From Candidatus Levyibacteriota bacterium (lineage in GTDB: Bacteria > Patescibacteriota > Microgenomatia > Levybacterales > UBA12049): a stretch of DNA of 64,000 bases. Below the pieces are notes generated by a model. It was not told the DNA's origin and made no database searches. It saw nothing but the letters and a program-made list of their open reading frames with translations. Made by a program: the position numbers and the translations under genes. The DNA lies in contig JAJDCG010000001.1 in the NCBI GenBank assembly GCA_029260965.1, positions 445,803 to 509,802 on the forward strand, written 5' to 3'. Shown in pieces: positions 26,864 through 37,129 of the stretch (the stretch's first letter is position 1; the number at the start of each line of letters is the position of its first letter).

Positions 26864-28606
26864 TTGCATCTATTGAATAGTAGACTTGTGTACCACTTGA
26901 TGCTCGTGGTACTCTTGAAATATATGAATTGGCGCTATAGAATAATCCTTTACTTTTTTCTGTTTGCTTTTTTTCTCGTTGCAGTCAGGCTTTTTTACTG
27001 GCAAGTGGTGAGGGCTGAGGAGTTGAGCAACATGGGGCGCGCGCAGTATGGTAGGCAAGTTTTGTTGTCTGCAAAACGTGGGGAAATCAAGACTTCTGAT
27101 AGCTATTCTATAGCTGCAAATAAAATTTTATATCTTCTTTTTGCTAATCCTAAACTAATTAAAGACAAAGAGGATTTGTCAAAAAGGCTGTCTTTATATA
27201 TTAATGAGGATGAGGCGACAATCAGTGCAGCACTTAAGTATGAAGATAGATATTGGGTTCCTGTCAAAAGCAAACTAGACAGTAAAATAAAAGAAAAAAT
27301 TGACAGCTTGAGTCTTCCAGGTATTGGATTTGAGGAGCAATCTGTGAGGTTTTATCCAGAAGCATCACTGGCTGCAAAAGTGCTTGGATTTGTGGGAAAG
27401 GATGAGTATGGTTCAGATAAAGGTTATTTCGGCTTGGAGGGCTTTTATGATCGTCAGCTTCGCGGGAAATCTGAGCTAGCAGTTGTGATCCAAGATGCTA
27501 CAGGGCGTCCTATTTTGTCTAAGCTTGAGGATGTCTCTGGAAAATCCGATGGGCGCAGCCTAATTCTTCATATGGATAGGAGTATTCAGTTTTTATTGGA
27601 CGGTATTCTAAAAGAAAGTGTTTTGAAATACGGCGCAAAAGGAGCAATGGCTGCAGTAATGGATCCCAAAACAGGTGGAATTATCGCTATGTCATCACAT
27701 CCCACATTTGACCCCAGAGAGTATGAAAAGTACTCAGATGATTTCTACAAAAATCCGTTTATTACTGATACTTATGAACCTGGATCTACATTTAAGCCTT
27801 TAATTATGGCAGCAGCGCTTGATGCAGGTCTTGTGAAAGCAGATACGAAATGTAATATTTGTGCAAAACCTGTGGAAATAGGAGGATACACTATAGAGAC
27901 TTGGAATGATAAATATGCTGCAAACTCAACAATGGCAGATGTCATAAAAAATTCTGATAATACAGGCATGGTATTTGTGGGACAAAAACTTGGACTTGAT
28001 CTGATGATAAGCTATCTTGAAAAATTCGGTTTTGGTCAAATGACTGACATAGATCTTCAGGGTGAGGTAACACCACAAATAAGACCTAGAGATAGTTGGT
28101 ATCCAATTGATCTGGCAACAGCAAGTTTTGGTCAAGGAATATCTGTTACTCCAATTGAGCTTTTGACTGCATTTTCAGCAATTGCTAATGGCGGTAAGAG
28201 AATGGAACCGCATATGGTTGCAAGAATAGAAACACCAGATGGCGAAATTATAGATATTGAGCCGAAAATTTTGAGTCGGCCTATATCAGAACGTGCTGCA
28301 AAGATAACAACAGAAATGATGGTTAATGCGGTAAATAATGGTGAGTCCAAATACTTAAAGCCAGAAGGCTATAGAGTAGCTGGAAAGACGGGAACCGCAC
28401 AGATTCCTGTTGAGGGTCATTATGATCCAAATAAAACTATTGCGTCATTTGTGGGGTTTGCGCCAGCAGATGATCCAGCATTTTTGATGTTGGTTGTGGT
28501 TGATAGACCTAGCACGTCAATATATGGATCTGAAACTGCGGCACCGATATTTTTTGAGGCAGCACAAAAGATACTTACGTACTATGGCATATCACCTACA
28601 GAATAG
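26864..28606 (+). CDS. ftsI: penicillin-binding protein 2 / FtsI-type transpeptidase
   Basis: N-terminal TM and PBP dimer domain. Transpeptidase motifs STFKP (SxxK), SDN (SxN) and KTGTA (KTG). True start may be the Met at 26924 (MNWRYRIILYFFLF). Confidence 0.85.
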   Translation: MHLLNSRLVYHLMLVVLLKYMNWRYRIILYFFLFAFFLVAVRLFYWQVVRAEELSNMGRAQYGRQVLLSAKRGEIKTSDSYSIAANKILYLLFANPKLIKDKEDLSKRLSLYINEDEATISAALKYEDRYWVPVKSKLDSKIKEKIDSLSLPGIGFEEQSVRFYPEASLAAKVLGFVGKDEYGSDKGYFGLEGFYDRQLRGKSELAVVIQDATGRPILSKLEDVSGKSDGRSLILHMDRSIQFLLDGILKESVLKYGAKGAMAAVMDPKTGGIIAMSSHPTFDPREYEKYSDDFYKNPFITDTYEPGSTFKPLIMAAALDAGLVKADTKCNICAKPVEIGGYTIETWNDKYAANSTMADVIKNSDNTGMVFVGQKLGLDLMISYLEKFGFGQMTDIDLQGEVTPQIRPRDSWYPIDLATASFGQGISVTPIELLTAFSAIANGGKRMEPHMVARIETPDGEIIDIEPKILSRPISERAAKITTEMMVNAVNNGESKYLKPEGYRVAGKTGTAQIPVEGHYDPNKTIASFVGFAPADDPAFLMLVVVDRPSTSIYGSETAAPIFFEAAQKILTYYGISPTE

Positions 28607-28638
28607 AATTATAAATTAGAAATTAAGGGGTAATTGCT

Positions 28639-28974
28639 TTATAAAATTTTTGCGCCGTTTGGGGTCTTAGATTTTGGTTTGAGTGGCGATGGTATACCAT
28701 TTTTGCCATCGGCTGCCAATAGCATCCCTTCTGAGAGTTCTCCCATCATCTTGCGTGGTTCTAGGTTGATCACAAAAACGAATTGTCTGTTCTTTAGATT
28801 CTGAGGCTTGTGCCATTGTTTTATGCCAGAGAGGATATTACGTTTTCCCTCATCGCCGAAATCAACAGTTAACCTGAGTAGTTTATCAGAGCCTTCTTTT
28901 TCGACGCATTCTATAATCGTGCCGACTCTCATATCAAGTTTGGTAAAATCATCAATTGTAATAACCCCCTTCAT
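28639..28974 (-). CDS. csaA: tRNA-binding domain protein (CsaA/Myf-like OB fold)
   Basis: MKGVITIDDFTKLDMRVGTIIECVEKEGSDKLLRLTVDFGDEG..RNILSGI matches the CsaA / MetRS C-terminal tRNA-binding domain. Opposite strand to the dcw genes. Confidence 0.65.
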   Translation of the reverse strand: MKGVITIDDFTKLDMRVGTIIECVEKEGSDKLLRLTVDFGDEGKRNILSGIKQWHKPQNLKNRQFVFVINLEPRKMMGELSEGMLLAADGKNGIPSPLKPKSKTPNGAKIL

Positions 28975-29039
28975 GAGTTTATTGTAGCACACTATTTAGG
29001 AATAACACCTCATATTTTGATATACTATACAGGCTGATT

Positions 29040-30278
29040 ATGTGGCAAAGGGTAAAAAATCATTATCATCTCGGGCAGGCAATCTTAGCAAACCTTTTGT
29101 ACTGGTTTCCATCAAGGAAGTTGAAAGTAATAGGAGTCACTGGTACAGACGGTAAGACCACTACCTCAAGTATGATTTATCATATTCTTGATAATGCAGG
29201 TTATAAGGCTGCGCTAATCTCATCAGTAGGTGCTGTTATAAATAATAATGCATCAGACATTGGTTTTCATGTTACAACTCCCGGTAGGTTTGCTCTTCAG
29301 TCATATTTGAAAAAATCCAAAAAACAAGGCGTAGAGTATGTAGTTATTGAACTGACTTCTCACGCGCTTGATCAGTATAGGGCATATGGCATACCAGTTG
29401 AAGTGGGAGTTCTCACTAATATATCAAATGAGCATTTGGATTATCATAAGACTTATGAAAAGTATGTGAAGGCAAAAGCAAGACTTTTCAAGATTTCAAA
29501 AATTGTTGTTTTAAACAAGGATGATAAATCATATGAAATGGTAAAAAAATATGTAAAAAACAAAAAAGTAATAACCTATGGTCTAGGTAAGAGTTCAGAT
29601 GTAAATCCGAGTAATTTTTTATTCAAAGTAAAACTTATAGGGAAGTTCAATATGTATAATAGTCTTGCAGCAGTATCAGCATTAAGATCTATAAAAATGT
29701 CTGATGCTCAGATTAGAAAGGGGATTGAGAGCTTTAGGCTCCCTGCAGGTCGACAAGAAATAATATACGACAAAGAGTTTTTAGTGATAAATGATTTTGC
29801 ACATACTCCAAATTCTTTTTTGAGTGTTATTCCTGAGATAAAAAAACTTTCTAAAGGTAAGCTCATACATGTTTTTGGAGCTGCTGCAAAAAGAGATACC
29901 TATAAACGCTCAGAAATGGGAAAAATATCTTCGGAAAGTGCAGACATAATAATTTTGACAGCAGAAGATTCAAGGGGTGAAAGTGTTGAGGAGATTAATA
30001 AAGAGATAATTAGTGGTATTAAAAATTTGGAATTCGAAACTATCAACTTGAAACAATTTAAAAATACTCAAATACAAAAAAATAAAAAATATGTTTTTAG
30101 CATTCCAAACAGAAAAGAAGCGATAAAATTTGCTATAGCTATTGCTCAAAAAGGTGATGTAGTTCTACTAACAGGAAAAGGACACGAGAAGTCAATTAAT
30201 TATGGTAGAGGTGAGGAACCGTGGAATGAAAGCATGGTTGCCCTTGAGGCAATAAAGCAAATAAGAACAAAAGGTTAA
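29040..30278 (+). CDS. murE: Mur ligase family protein, MurE-like, apparently lacking the N-terminal domain
   Basis: IGVTGTDGKTTTSSMIYHIL (P-loop), ELTSHALDQ and LTAEDSRGE (like the MurE DNPR motif). The GKT motif is already at residue ~35, so the usual N-domain is absent. Confidence 0.55.
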   Translation: MWQRVKNHYHLGQAILANLLYWFPSRKLKVIGVTGTDGKTTTSSMIYHILDNAGYKAALISSVGAVINNNASDIGFHVTTPGRFALQSYLKKSKKQGVEYVVIELTSHALDQYRAYGIPVEVGVLTNISNEHLDYHKTYEKYVKAKARLFKISKIVVLNKDDKSYEMVKKYVKNKKVITYGLGKSSDVNPSNFLFKVKLIGKFNMYNSLAAVSALRSIKMSDAQIRKGIESFRLPAGRQEIIYDKEFLVINDFAHTPNSFLSVIPEIKKLSKGKLIHVFGAAAKRDTYKRSEMGKISSESADIIILTAEDSRGESVEEINKEIISGIKNLEFETINLKQFKNTQIQKNKKYVFSIPNRKEAIKFAIAIAQKGDVVLLTGKGHEKSINYGRGEEPWNESMVALEAIKQIRTKG

Positions 30279-30932
30279 TTGAATATGGATATTTTTAAAT
30301 TTAAATTACTTGAAAAAGAATCTGACATAAAGCATGGTATTTCGACTAAGGCCTTTGGAAGTATGAAGAAATCTGACAATTCCTTGAGTAGAAAAAATAT
30401 TGAAAGTTTTCTTGAAAAATTAAATATGCCAAAGAACGCAGTTTGTATGCATCAGGTGCATGGATCACGAGTAGGAGTTGTAGAAAATAGTCAAGTATGG
30501 CAGATCCAGGATGTTGACGGATTGATAACAAATAAAAAAAATATTCCACTCTGTGTAGTTGTGGCTGATTGTTTGCCTTTATTTTTTTATGATAGAAAAA
30601 AAGAAGTAATAGGAATAGGACATGGTGGCAGAAGGGGAATAGAACTTGGACTTGTTGAAAACATGATAAGCAAAATCAGATCAGAGTTTGGGTCAAGCCC
30701 TGCGGATATAGTAATTGGTATAGGACCTGGGATTGAACAAGAATGTTATGAGGTTGATGGTGTTTTTATGGATTTGCGGAAAATAGTAATTGATAAGCTT
30801 TTGCTTGCAGGAGTTGAAAAAGGGAATATCGAAAGTATGGATATGTGCACAAAAGATAACCCCGAGCTTTTTTATTCATACCGTGCAGGGGACGTTTTCA
30901 AGCGGTTTATAGGAATTATTTCGCTAATATGA
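30279..30932 (+). CDS. pgeF: peptidoglycan editing factor PgeF / YfiH (DUF152, laccase-domain) family
   Basis: MHQVHGSRVGVV...DGLITNKKNIPLCVVVADCLPLFFYD...GIGHGGRRG...CYEVD is the YfiH His/Cys/His signature. Confidence 0.75.
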   Translation: MNMDIFKFKLLEKESDIKHGISTKAFGSMKKSDNSLSRKNIESFLEKLNMPKNAVCMHQVHGSRVGVVENSQVWQIQDVDGLITNKKNIPLCVVVADCLPLFFYDRKKEVIGIGHGGRRGIELGLVENMISKIRSEFGSSPADIVIGIGPGIEQECYEVDGVFMDLRKIVIDKLLLAGVEKGNIESMDMCTKDNPELFYSYRAGDVFKRFIGIISLI

Positions 30933-32344
30933 AAAAATTAAAAATACATTTTACAGGAATAAAAGGAGTTGGCATGACGCCTCTAGCAATTATTGCAAAA
31001 GAAGCAGGTTTCTCAGTAACAGGCTCTGATATCGGTGAGGAATTTATAACCGATAAGGCTTTGGAAACAGTCGGTATTCATGTAAACAAAGGGTTTGCAG
31101 AAGAAAATGTAGGAGAATCTGACCTCCTAATTACAACAACAGCACATGGTGGATTAAATAATCCTGAGGTAGTTTTTGCAATATCCAAAAATATAAAAGT
31201 TGTTACACAGGGTGAAGCTGTTGGTTTATTTATGAAAGGCGAAATATTTGGAAAAGAGTTTAGGGGAATTTCAGTTGCTGGTACACATGGCAAGACAACT
31301 ACAACTGGTATGATAGCAACTATTTTTAAATCAGCAGAATATGACCCTTCTTATGTGATAGGCACTGGAGATGTGGGTTCGCTAGGACTACCAGGGCATT
31401 TTGGAAAAGGTAAGTATTTTATAGCGGAGGCAGACGAGTATGCTGTTGATCCCAAAAATAATAAGACAGCTAAATTCCTTTTGCAAAAACCAAACATTGC
31501 TGTAATCACAAATGTAGAGTTTGATCATCCAGACATCTACTTATCTATAGATGAGTTGAAAAGCGCCTTTTCTGTATTCGCAAATCAGGTAACCGAAAAA
31601 GGTGTGCTTGTCGTGTGTGGTGATGATCACGAAATAAAAAGTTTGTCAATAGAAAATAAAAATAAAGTAATTACATATGGATTTAATCTAGAAAATGATT
31701 ATGTAATAAAACGCGTTAGCCCTTCAGGAGATAGCACTTTTTTTTGGGTTAGTGTAGGGGGTGCTGATTTAGGAGAATTTATGATCGGTGTTGCTGGTGA
31801 GCACAATGTGCAAAATGCTTTGGCGTCAATTATTGTTTCGCTTGAGTCAGGTCTTTCAATTGATGAAATAAAAAAGGGAATAAAAAAGTTTGTTGGTTCA
31901 AGAAGAAGACTTGAATTTATGGGTATGCTTGGAAGCGGAGCTTTGGTTTATGATGACTATGCTCATCACCCGACTGAGATAAAAAAGACGTTATCATCCT
32001 TAAAGCTTAGGTATCCCAGAAAAAAGATAATCTGTATCTTTCAACCACATACATATTCTCGTACAAAAAAATTGTTTGATGAGTTTATTAGATCATTTTC
32101 AGGTGTTGAAACCGTATTGGTAACAGATATATATACATCTCTAAGAGAGGAGCCTGATTCGTCTGTTTCTTCAAAAATCTTATGTGAAGAAATAAATAAG
32201 TTTAACAAGGAGGCTATCTACCTCCCATCACTTTCTGATGTGATAAAATATCTCGATAAAACAAAGCCTCGCTCAGATAATATTATTGTCACAATGGGTG
32301 CAGGAGACATATATAAAATTCATTCTGAATTAAGTTTTGAATAA
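30929..32344 (+). CDS. murC: UDP-N-acetylmuramate--L-alanine ligase MurC
   Basis: HFTGIKGVGMTPLAIIAKEAGFSVTGSD (MurC N-domain) and ISVAGTHGKTTTTGMIATIF. Confidence 0.8.
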   Translation: MKKLKIHFTGIKGVGMTPLAIIAKEAGFSVTGSDIGEEFITDKALETVGIHVNKGFAEENVGESDLLITTTAHGGLNNPEVVFAISKNIKVVTQGEAVGLFMKGEIFGKEFRGISVAGTHGKTTTTGMIATIFKSAEYDPSYVIGTGDVGSLGLPGHFGKGKYFIAEADEYAVDPKNNKTAKFLLQKPNIAVITNVEFDHPDIYLSIDELKSAFSVFANQVTEKGVLVVCGDDHEIKSLSIENKNKVITYGFNLENDYVIKRVSPSGDSTFFWVSVGGADLGEFMIGVAGEHNVQNALASIIVSLESGLSIDEIKKGIKKFVGSRRRLEFMGMLGSGALVYDDYAHHPTEIKKTLSSLKLRYPRKKIICIFQPHTYSRTKKLFDEFIRSFSGVETVLVTDIYTSLREEPDSSVSSKILCEEINKFNKEAIYLPSLSDVIKYLDKTKPRSDNIIVTMGAGDIYKIHSELSFE

Positions 32345-32346
32345 GT

Positions 32347-33675
32347 ATGGAAAAGTTGATTATAAAAGGAGGTAATAGATTAACAGGAGAGGTGAGGGTG
32401 TTGGGTGCAAAGAACGCAGCGCTTAAGGCGCTTGTTGCTGCCTGCATGACAGAAGAGAGGGTGATCATTAGAAATGTACCTCTGATTGCAGATGTTTTTG
32501 TAATGATTGAGATAATGAGGGATCTTGGCGCAGTAGTATCCATGAAAGGGCATGCTGTTGAAATAGAAATGAAAAAGTTTTCATCCTCTACAATACCTCT
32601 TGATAAAGCAGTTCTTGCCCGTACATCATCTATGTTTTTAGCACCACTTCTATCTCGGGTTGGTCAGGCGAGTATACCAAATCCAGGAGGATGCAGGCTT
32701 GGTGCCAGACCGATAAATAGAACTATTGATGGGGTAAAAAAACTAAATGTTGACATAGGCTATTATAGTGAAGATGGTTATTTTCGTTGCAAAACAGATG
32801 GTTTGAGGGGTGCACTTTATACTTTCCCTAAAAATACACATACAGGAACAGAGACAATGATACTTTCTGCAGTACTAGCAAAGGGTAAGACCATTCTTCG
32901 AAACGCTGCTGAAGAACCAGAGATTGATGATCTTATAAAGCTGCTCAATAAAATGGGAGCCAAGATAAAAAGAACTGCACCAAGGGAGATAACGATAGAT
33001 GGGGTTGAGAAGCTCAATGGAACAGAATATGAGATTGGCCCGGACAGGATTGAGGTAGTTACTTTTGCGATCGCTGCTATTTTGACTAAGGGTGATATCT
33101 TTGTAAAAGACGCACAGGGGGCTGAGATTGGTGATTTTTTAGCAAAATTGAAAAAGACAGGCGCAGGTTTTGAGATTAAAAATGATGGGATAAGATTTTA
33201 CGGCAATGGCACACTCAAGGCAACTGATATTACAACAGGAATCCACCCTGGTTTTTTGACTGATTGGCAGGCACCATGGGCTGTTCTTATGACGCAGGCA
33301 GATGGGGAATCCATAATTCATGAAACAGTTTTTGAAAATAAACTTGGCTACATAGCTGATCTTAAAAAGATGGGCGCCAACGCAAAGCTTTTTAATCCTG
33401 AAGTAAAAGACTCTGAAAACATATATAATTTTAATTTGGAGGATGATAGTCCTGAGTACTTTCACGCAGTTAAAATAAAAGGACCTAAAAAACTTCATAA
33501 TGCCGTGATGACAATGCACGATATCCGAGCTGGGGCTGCAGTAGTTCTTGCGGCATTGATAGCAAGTGGCACCTCGACAATTTTTGGGGTTGAGAAATTA
33601 GATCGTGGATATGAAGTATTGGATAAAAGACTTGAGATGCTTGGTGCAGAAATAAAGAGAGTTGAGGAGGAATAA
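32347..33675 (+). CDS. murA: UDP-N-acetylglucosamine 1-carboxyvinyltransferase MurA
   Basis: MEKLIIKGGNRLTGEVRVLGAKNAALKALVAAC. Length and EPT-family architecture. Confidence 0.85.
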   Translation: MEKLIIKGGNRLTGEVRVLGAKNAALKALVAACMTEERVIIRNVPLIADVFVMIEIMRDLGAVVSMKGHAVEIEMKKFSSSTIPLDKAVLARTSSMFLAPLLSRVGQASIPNPGGCRLGARPINRTIDGVKKLNVDIGYYSEDGYFRCKTDGLRGALYTFPKNTHTGTETMILSAVLAKGKTILRNAAEEPEIDDLIKLLNKMGAKIKRTAPREITIDGVEKLNGTEYEIGPDRIEVVTFAIAAILTKGDIFVKDAQGAEIGDFLAKLKKTGAGFEIKNDGIRFYGNGTLKATDITTGIHPGFLTDWQAPWAVLMTQADGESIIHETVFENKLGYIADLKKMGANAKLFNPEVKDSENIYNFNLEDDSPEYFHAVKIKGPKKLHNAVMTMHDIRAGAAVVLAALIASGTSTIFGVEKLDRGYEVLDKRLEMLGAEIKRVEEE

Positions 33676-33678
33676 TTT

Positions 33679-34452
33679 ATGAAATTAGCACAAAATAGAA
33701 ACCTAGGTGCAATTATATTAGCTGCAGGAAAAGGAAAAAGAATGAACTCGACTGACAAGAATAAAGTTACACTTTCTCTTGTCGATAAACCAATAATTCT
33801 GCATATTGTAAAATTTATGAAAAAGCTTGCAGCATCAAGTATTGTAGTGGTGGTTGGTTTTGCGAAGGAATCAGTTATGAAAGTTCTGGAAGGTGAAAAT
33901 GTGATTTTTGCAATACAAAAAGATCTTCTTGGTACAGGTCATGCAACAAGAGTGGCGCTTAAGAAATTACCCAAAAATATCACAGATGTGATTGTTGTTT
34001 ATGGAGATGACGGAGTAATATATATAGATAAGCACCTTCCGATAATCAATAGTCTTTTTGAAAAACATTTTCAAACAAATTCGGAGTTTAGTTTTTTAAC
34101 GATTGAAAAGGATGATCCAACAGGACTTGGGAGAATAGTAAGAGACAAAAAGGGCAAGCTGCAGGAAATTGTTGAGGAAAAAGATGCAGATCTTGAGCAA
34201 AAGAAAATAAAAGAAATTAACCCTGGTTGTTTTATTTTTAAAGTTTCTTTCCTGAACAAATATTTGCCAAAATTAGAAAAAAGCAATGCAACAGGTGAGT
34301 ATTATTTAACCAGTTTAATAGATGTTGCAATAAATAACATGGAGAAAGTAGAGACCCTAAGAGGAGGAAAGATGGTTTGGCGTGGTGTAAATACGCGGGA
34401 AGAACTTGAAGAAGCAGAAAGGCTGTATCGATCTTATTTGAAAGATCGCTAG
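33679..34452 (+). CDS. sugar-phosphate nucleotidyltransferase resembling the GlmU N-terminal pyrophosphorylase domain (no acetyltransferase domain)
   Basis: GAIILAAGKGKRMNSTDKNKVTLSLVDKPIILHIV resembles GlmU ILAAGKGTRM...PKVL. 257 aa. Confidence 0.6.
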   Translation: MKLAQNRNLGAIILAAGKGKRMNSTDKNKVTLSLVDKPIILHIVKFMKKLAASSIVVVVGFAKESVMKVLEGENVIFAIQKDLLGTGHATRVALKKLPKNITDVIVVYGDDGVIYIDKHLPIINSLFEKHFQTNSEFSFLTIEKDDPTGLGRIVRDKKGKLQEIVEEKDADLEQKKIKEINPGCFIFKVSFLNKYLPKLEKSNATGEYYLTSLIDVAINNMEKVETLRGGKMVWRGVNTREELEEAERLYRSYLKDR

Positions 34453-34475
34453 CAAATGAGGTATAATAGATAGGT

Positions 34476-35483
34476 ATGGAGCGATTTCTCGGGCTTATTA
34501 TATCATCAGCAGTAATTACAGCTATCCTGCTTGTGCCATTTATTGATTTTCTCTACCGCATTAAGCTGAGGCGTGCAAATCAAACCACCAAAGATATTTT
34601 TAATAAAAGAACACCTATTTTTGATAAATATAATGCATGGAAGGTGGGAACTCCATTTGGCGGTGGCATATTGATTGTTCTTATTGTAACCATCTGGACA
34701 TTTTGGGCTTATGGTGTCTTTAATACCAGGGTTGTTCCATGGGAACTTTTTGTTATCTTCTTCTCATTTATAAGTTTTGGTCTGTTGGGATTTTATGACG
34801 ACTTCAAAAAATTGGTAGGAGGCAGTGAGGGATTTTTCGGTCTTAGATTCAGATATAAATTTATTATTCAGATAATACTTGCGCTTATTATCTCAACTGT
34901 TTTTTATTTTCAACTTGGTTATGATTTTATATTTATTCATGGTTTTGGGCAATTACCTCTAGGTTTTCTTTTCGTTCCATTTGGCGCACTTGTCATAGTT
35001 TCTTTTGTTAATGCATTCAATATTACAGATGGTTTAGATGGTTTGGCATCGGGTCTTTTTTTCATCTGCCTTGCTGCATTTCTGGTTATAAATTCTGCGC
35101 AAATTGACGAGTCACTGGGCATGTTTATATCTGTGATGATGGGATCAGTTATGGCGTTTTTATATTTTAATATTTATAAGGCTAGGATTTGGCTAGGAGA
35201 TGTAGGATCGCTTTCGCTTGGTGCAGCACTCGCTGTGATTGGTCTTCTGACTGGAAAGGTTTTGGCATTGGTAGTAATAGGCGGTGTGTTTGTAATTGAA
35301 GCAGGGTCATCTCTTATCCAGCTTCTTGGTAAGAAATATCTTGGTCGCAAGATTTTTCCTGCCGCACCGTTACATCTGTACTTGCAAAAAAGGGGTTGGG
35401 AGGAGCCCAAGATTGTTATGCGCGCTTGGCTCGCAGGATTTTTCCTGGCAATTTTAGGTATTTTTGTTGCGTTTATTAGATGA
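34476..35483 (+). CDS. mraY: phospho-N-acetylmuramoyl-pentapeptide transferase MraY
   Basis: NAFNITDGLDGLASG. 10 TM segments. Confidence 0.9.
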   Translation: MERFLGLIISSAVITAILLVPFIDFLYRIKLRRANQTTKDIFNKRTPIFDKYNAWKVGTPFGGGILIVLIVTIWTFWAYGVFNTRVVPWELFVIFFSFISFGLLGFYDDFKKLVGGSEGFFGLRFRYKFIIQIILALIISTVFYFQLGYDFIFIHGFGQLPLGFLFVPFGALVIVSFVNAFNITDGLDGLASGLFFICLAAFLVINSAQIDESLGMFISVMMGSVMAFLYFNIYKARIWLGDVGSLSLGAALAVIGLLTGKVLALVVIGGVFVIEAGSSLIQLLGKKYLGRKIFPAAPLHLYLQKRGWEEPKIVMRAWLAGFFLAILGIFVAFIR

Positions 35484-36550
35484 GAAAAATTGAGCTTGCC
35501 CACCTTGTTGTTTTGGTGCTTGTAACCCTTTTTGGGCTGCTTATGGTGTATGATTCCTCATCGGTTATTGCATTTGAACAATTTGGTGATAAATATAATT
35601 ACATAAAAGATCAGTTAGTATGGGCAATGATTGGTTATACTGGGTTCATATTTTTTTACTTTTTTGACTATCGCAAACTTTTTAACTTCGCATTACCCGC
35701 ACTTCTTGGTGCGTTAGTTCTGCTGTTTTTGGTTTTTATCCCTGGAATCGGATCGGAAGCTAAGGGTGCAAGTCGTTGGATAAATATCGCATCATTTAGG
35801 TTGCAGCCTGCAGAATTCGTAAAACTATCACTCGCTTTATATTTTGCAGCATGGTTTTCTCAAAAAGAAAAGGGTAGATTTCTGGCTTTTTCTCTTCTCC
35901 TTGGAGCCATACTTCTTCTCGTGATGTTGCAACCGGATATGGGAACCGCATCGATTATACTCGTTGAGGCGATAACTGTTTATTTTCTCTCAGGAGGAAG
36001 CCTTCTTTATTTTGCTGCTGCGATTCCCGTGATCTTAGGAGGAGGTTATTTGCTTATCAAATCAGCTCCATACAGAGCTGCGCGTCTTGCAAGTTTTTTG
36101 CAAGTTGATAGATCAATTGAGGATGCTTCATACCACGTACGCCAAATACTTATTGCTCTTGGGTCTGGTGGTTTATTTGGTTTGGGGGTTGGGAATTCGA
36201 TTCAAAAATATTCGTATCTCCCAGAAAGTGTGACTGATTCAATTTTTCCTATTATCGCAGAAGAATTTGGATTTGTAGGTTCTTTGATTTTGATCTTGGC
36301 ACTAATGTTTATTGTCTGGCGTGGGTTTTATATCGCTGCAACAGCGCGAGATAAATTTGGTAAACTTCTGGCTGGTGGAATTATGTCATTTATTGGTGCA
36401 CAAATTCTCATAAACCTGGCAGCTATGACGATCTTGCTTCCTCTGACAGGCGTGCCTCTTCCATTCATTTCCTATGGCGGATCAGCTCTCATCGTTAACC
36501 TCTCGGCAATGGGAATAGTCTTTAACATCTCTCGCCAATCTCATTATTAG
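35480..36550 (+). CDS. ftsW: SEDS-family peptidoglycan glycosyltransferase FtsW
   Basis: PDMGTASIILV and GxSRW motifs, 10 TM. Position between mraY and murG. Confidence 0.8.
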   Translation: MRKIELAHLVVLVLVTLFGLLMVYDSSSVIAFEQFGDKYNYIKDQLVWAMIGYTGFIFFYFFDYRKLFNFALPALLGALVLLFLVFIPGIGSEAKGASRWINIASFRLQPAEFVKLSLALYFAAWFSQKEKGRFLAFSLLLGAILLLVMLQPDMGTASIILVEAITVYFLSGGSLLYFAAAIPVILGGGYLLIKSAPYRAARLASFLQVDRSIEDASYHVRQILIALGSGGLFGLGVGNSIQKYSYLPESVTDSIFPIIAEEFGFVGSLILILALMFIVWRGFYIAATARDKFGKLLAGGIMSFIGAQILINLAAMTILLPLTGVPLPFISYGGSALIVNLSAMGIVFNISRQSHY

Positions 36551-36587
36551 ATTAGATAAACTCCTTCTCAGTTGATATAATCCAAGT

Positions 36588-37127
36588 ATGAAGTTGTTGA
36601 TTGTTGCAGGGGGTGGGGGGCATTTTGCCCCAGCACTCTCCGTTATAGAAAAGCTCCCCAAAGATTGGGATTTGCTTCTTGTTGGGCGCAAGTACTCGTT
36701 GGAGGGGGATGCAGCACTGTCCCTAGAGTACCAGACTGCTGAGCGGATGCATATACCTTTTCGCATGCTTACAACTGGTAGGATACAACGGAAGCTTACA
36801 CGTCATAGTTTACTTTCTCTTCTCAAGACTCCCATTGGTATGGTTCAGGCCTTGAGCATATTGAGAGATTTCAAACCCGACGTCGTTTTGTCATTTGGAG
36901 GATATGTTGCAGTACCATTGGTTCTTGCTGCGCATTTTTTGAGAATTCCTATCATTATTCATGAGCAGACATTTGGTGCAGGACTTGCCAATAAAATTTC
37001 CAGCCGTTTCGCTGACAAAGTTTGTATATCTTGGGAGGAGTCTCGTAAATATTTTCCTAACGGGAAAGTTGTGGTAACAGGAAATCCTGTTCGAAAATTT
37101 CAAATTTCAAATTTCAAATTTCAGTAG
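36588..37127 (+). CDS. murG: murG N-terminal segment; frame ends inside an (AAATTTC)x4 repeat
   Basis: MKLLIVAGGGGHFAPALSV (G-loop 1), IIIHEQTFGAGLANK, VVTGNPVRKFQISNFKFQ*. The same gene continues in another frame. Confidence 0.8.
   Translation: MKLLIVAGGGGHFAPALSVIEKLPKDWDLLLVGRKYSLEGDAALSLEYQTAERMHIPFRMLTTGRIQRKLTRHSLLSLLKTPIGMVQALSILRDFKPDVVLSFGGYVAVPLVLAAHFLRIPIIIHEQTFGAGLANKISSRFADKVCISWEESRKYFPNGKVVVTGNPVRKFQISNFKFQ
37095..37122. repeat. heptanucleotide tandem repeat (AAATTTC)x4 at the murG frameshift
   Basis: Read directly: tcga + 4 x aaatttc + ag + tag. Confidence 0.9.
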
Positions 37128-37129
37128 AC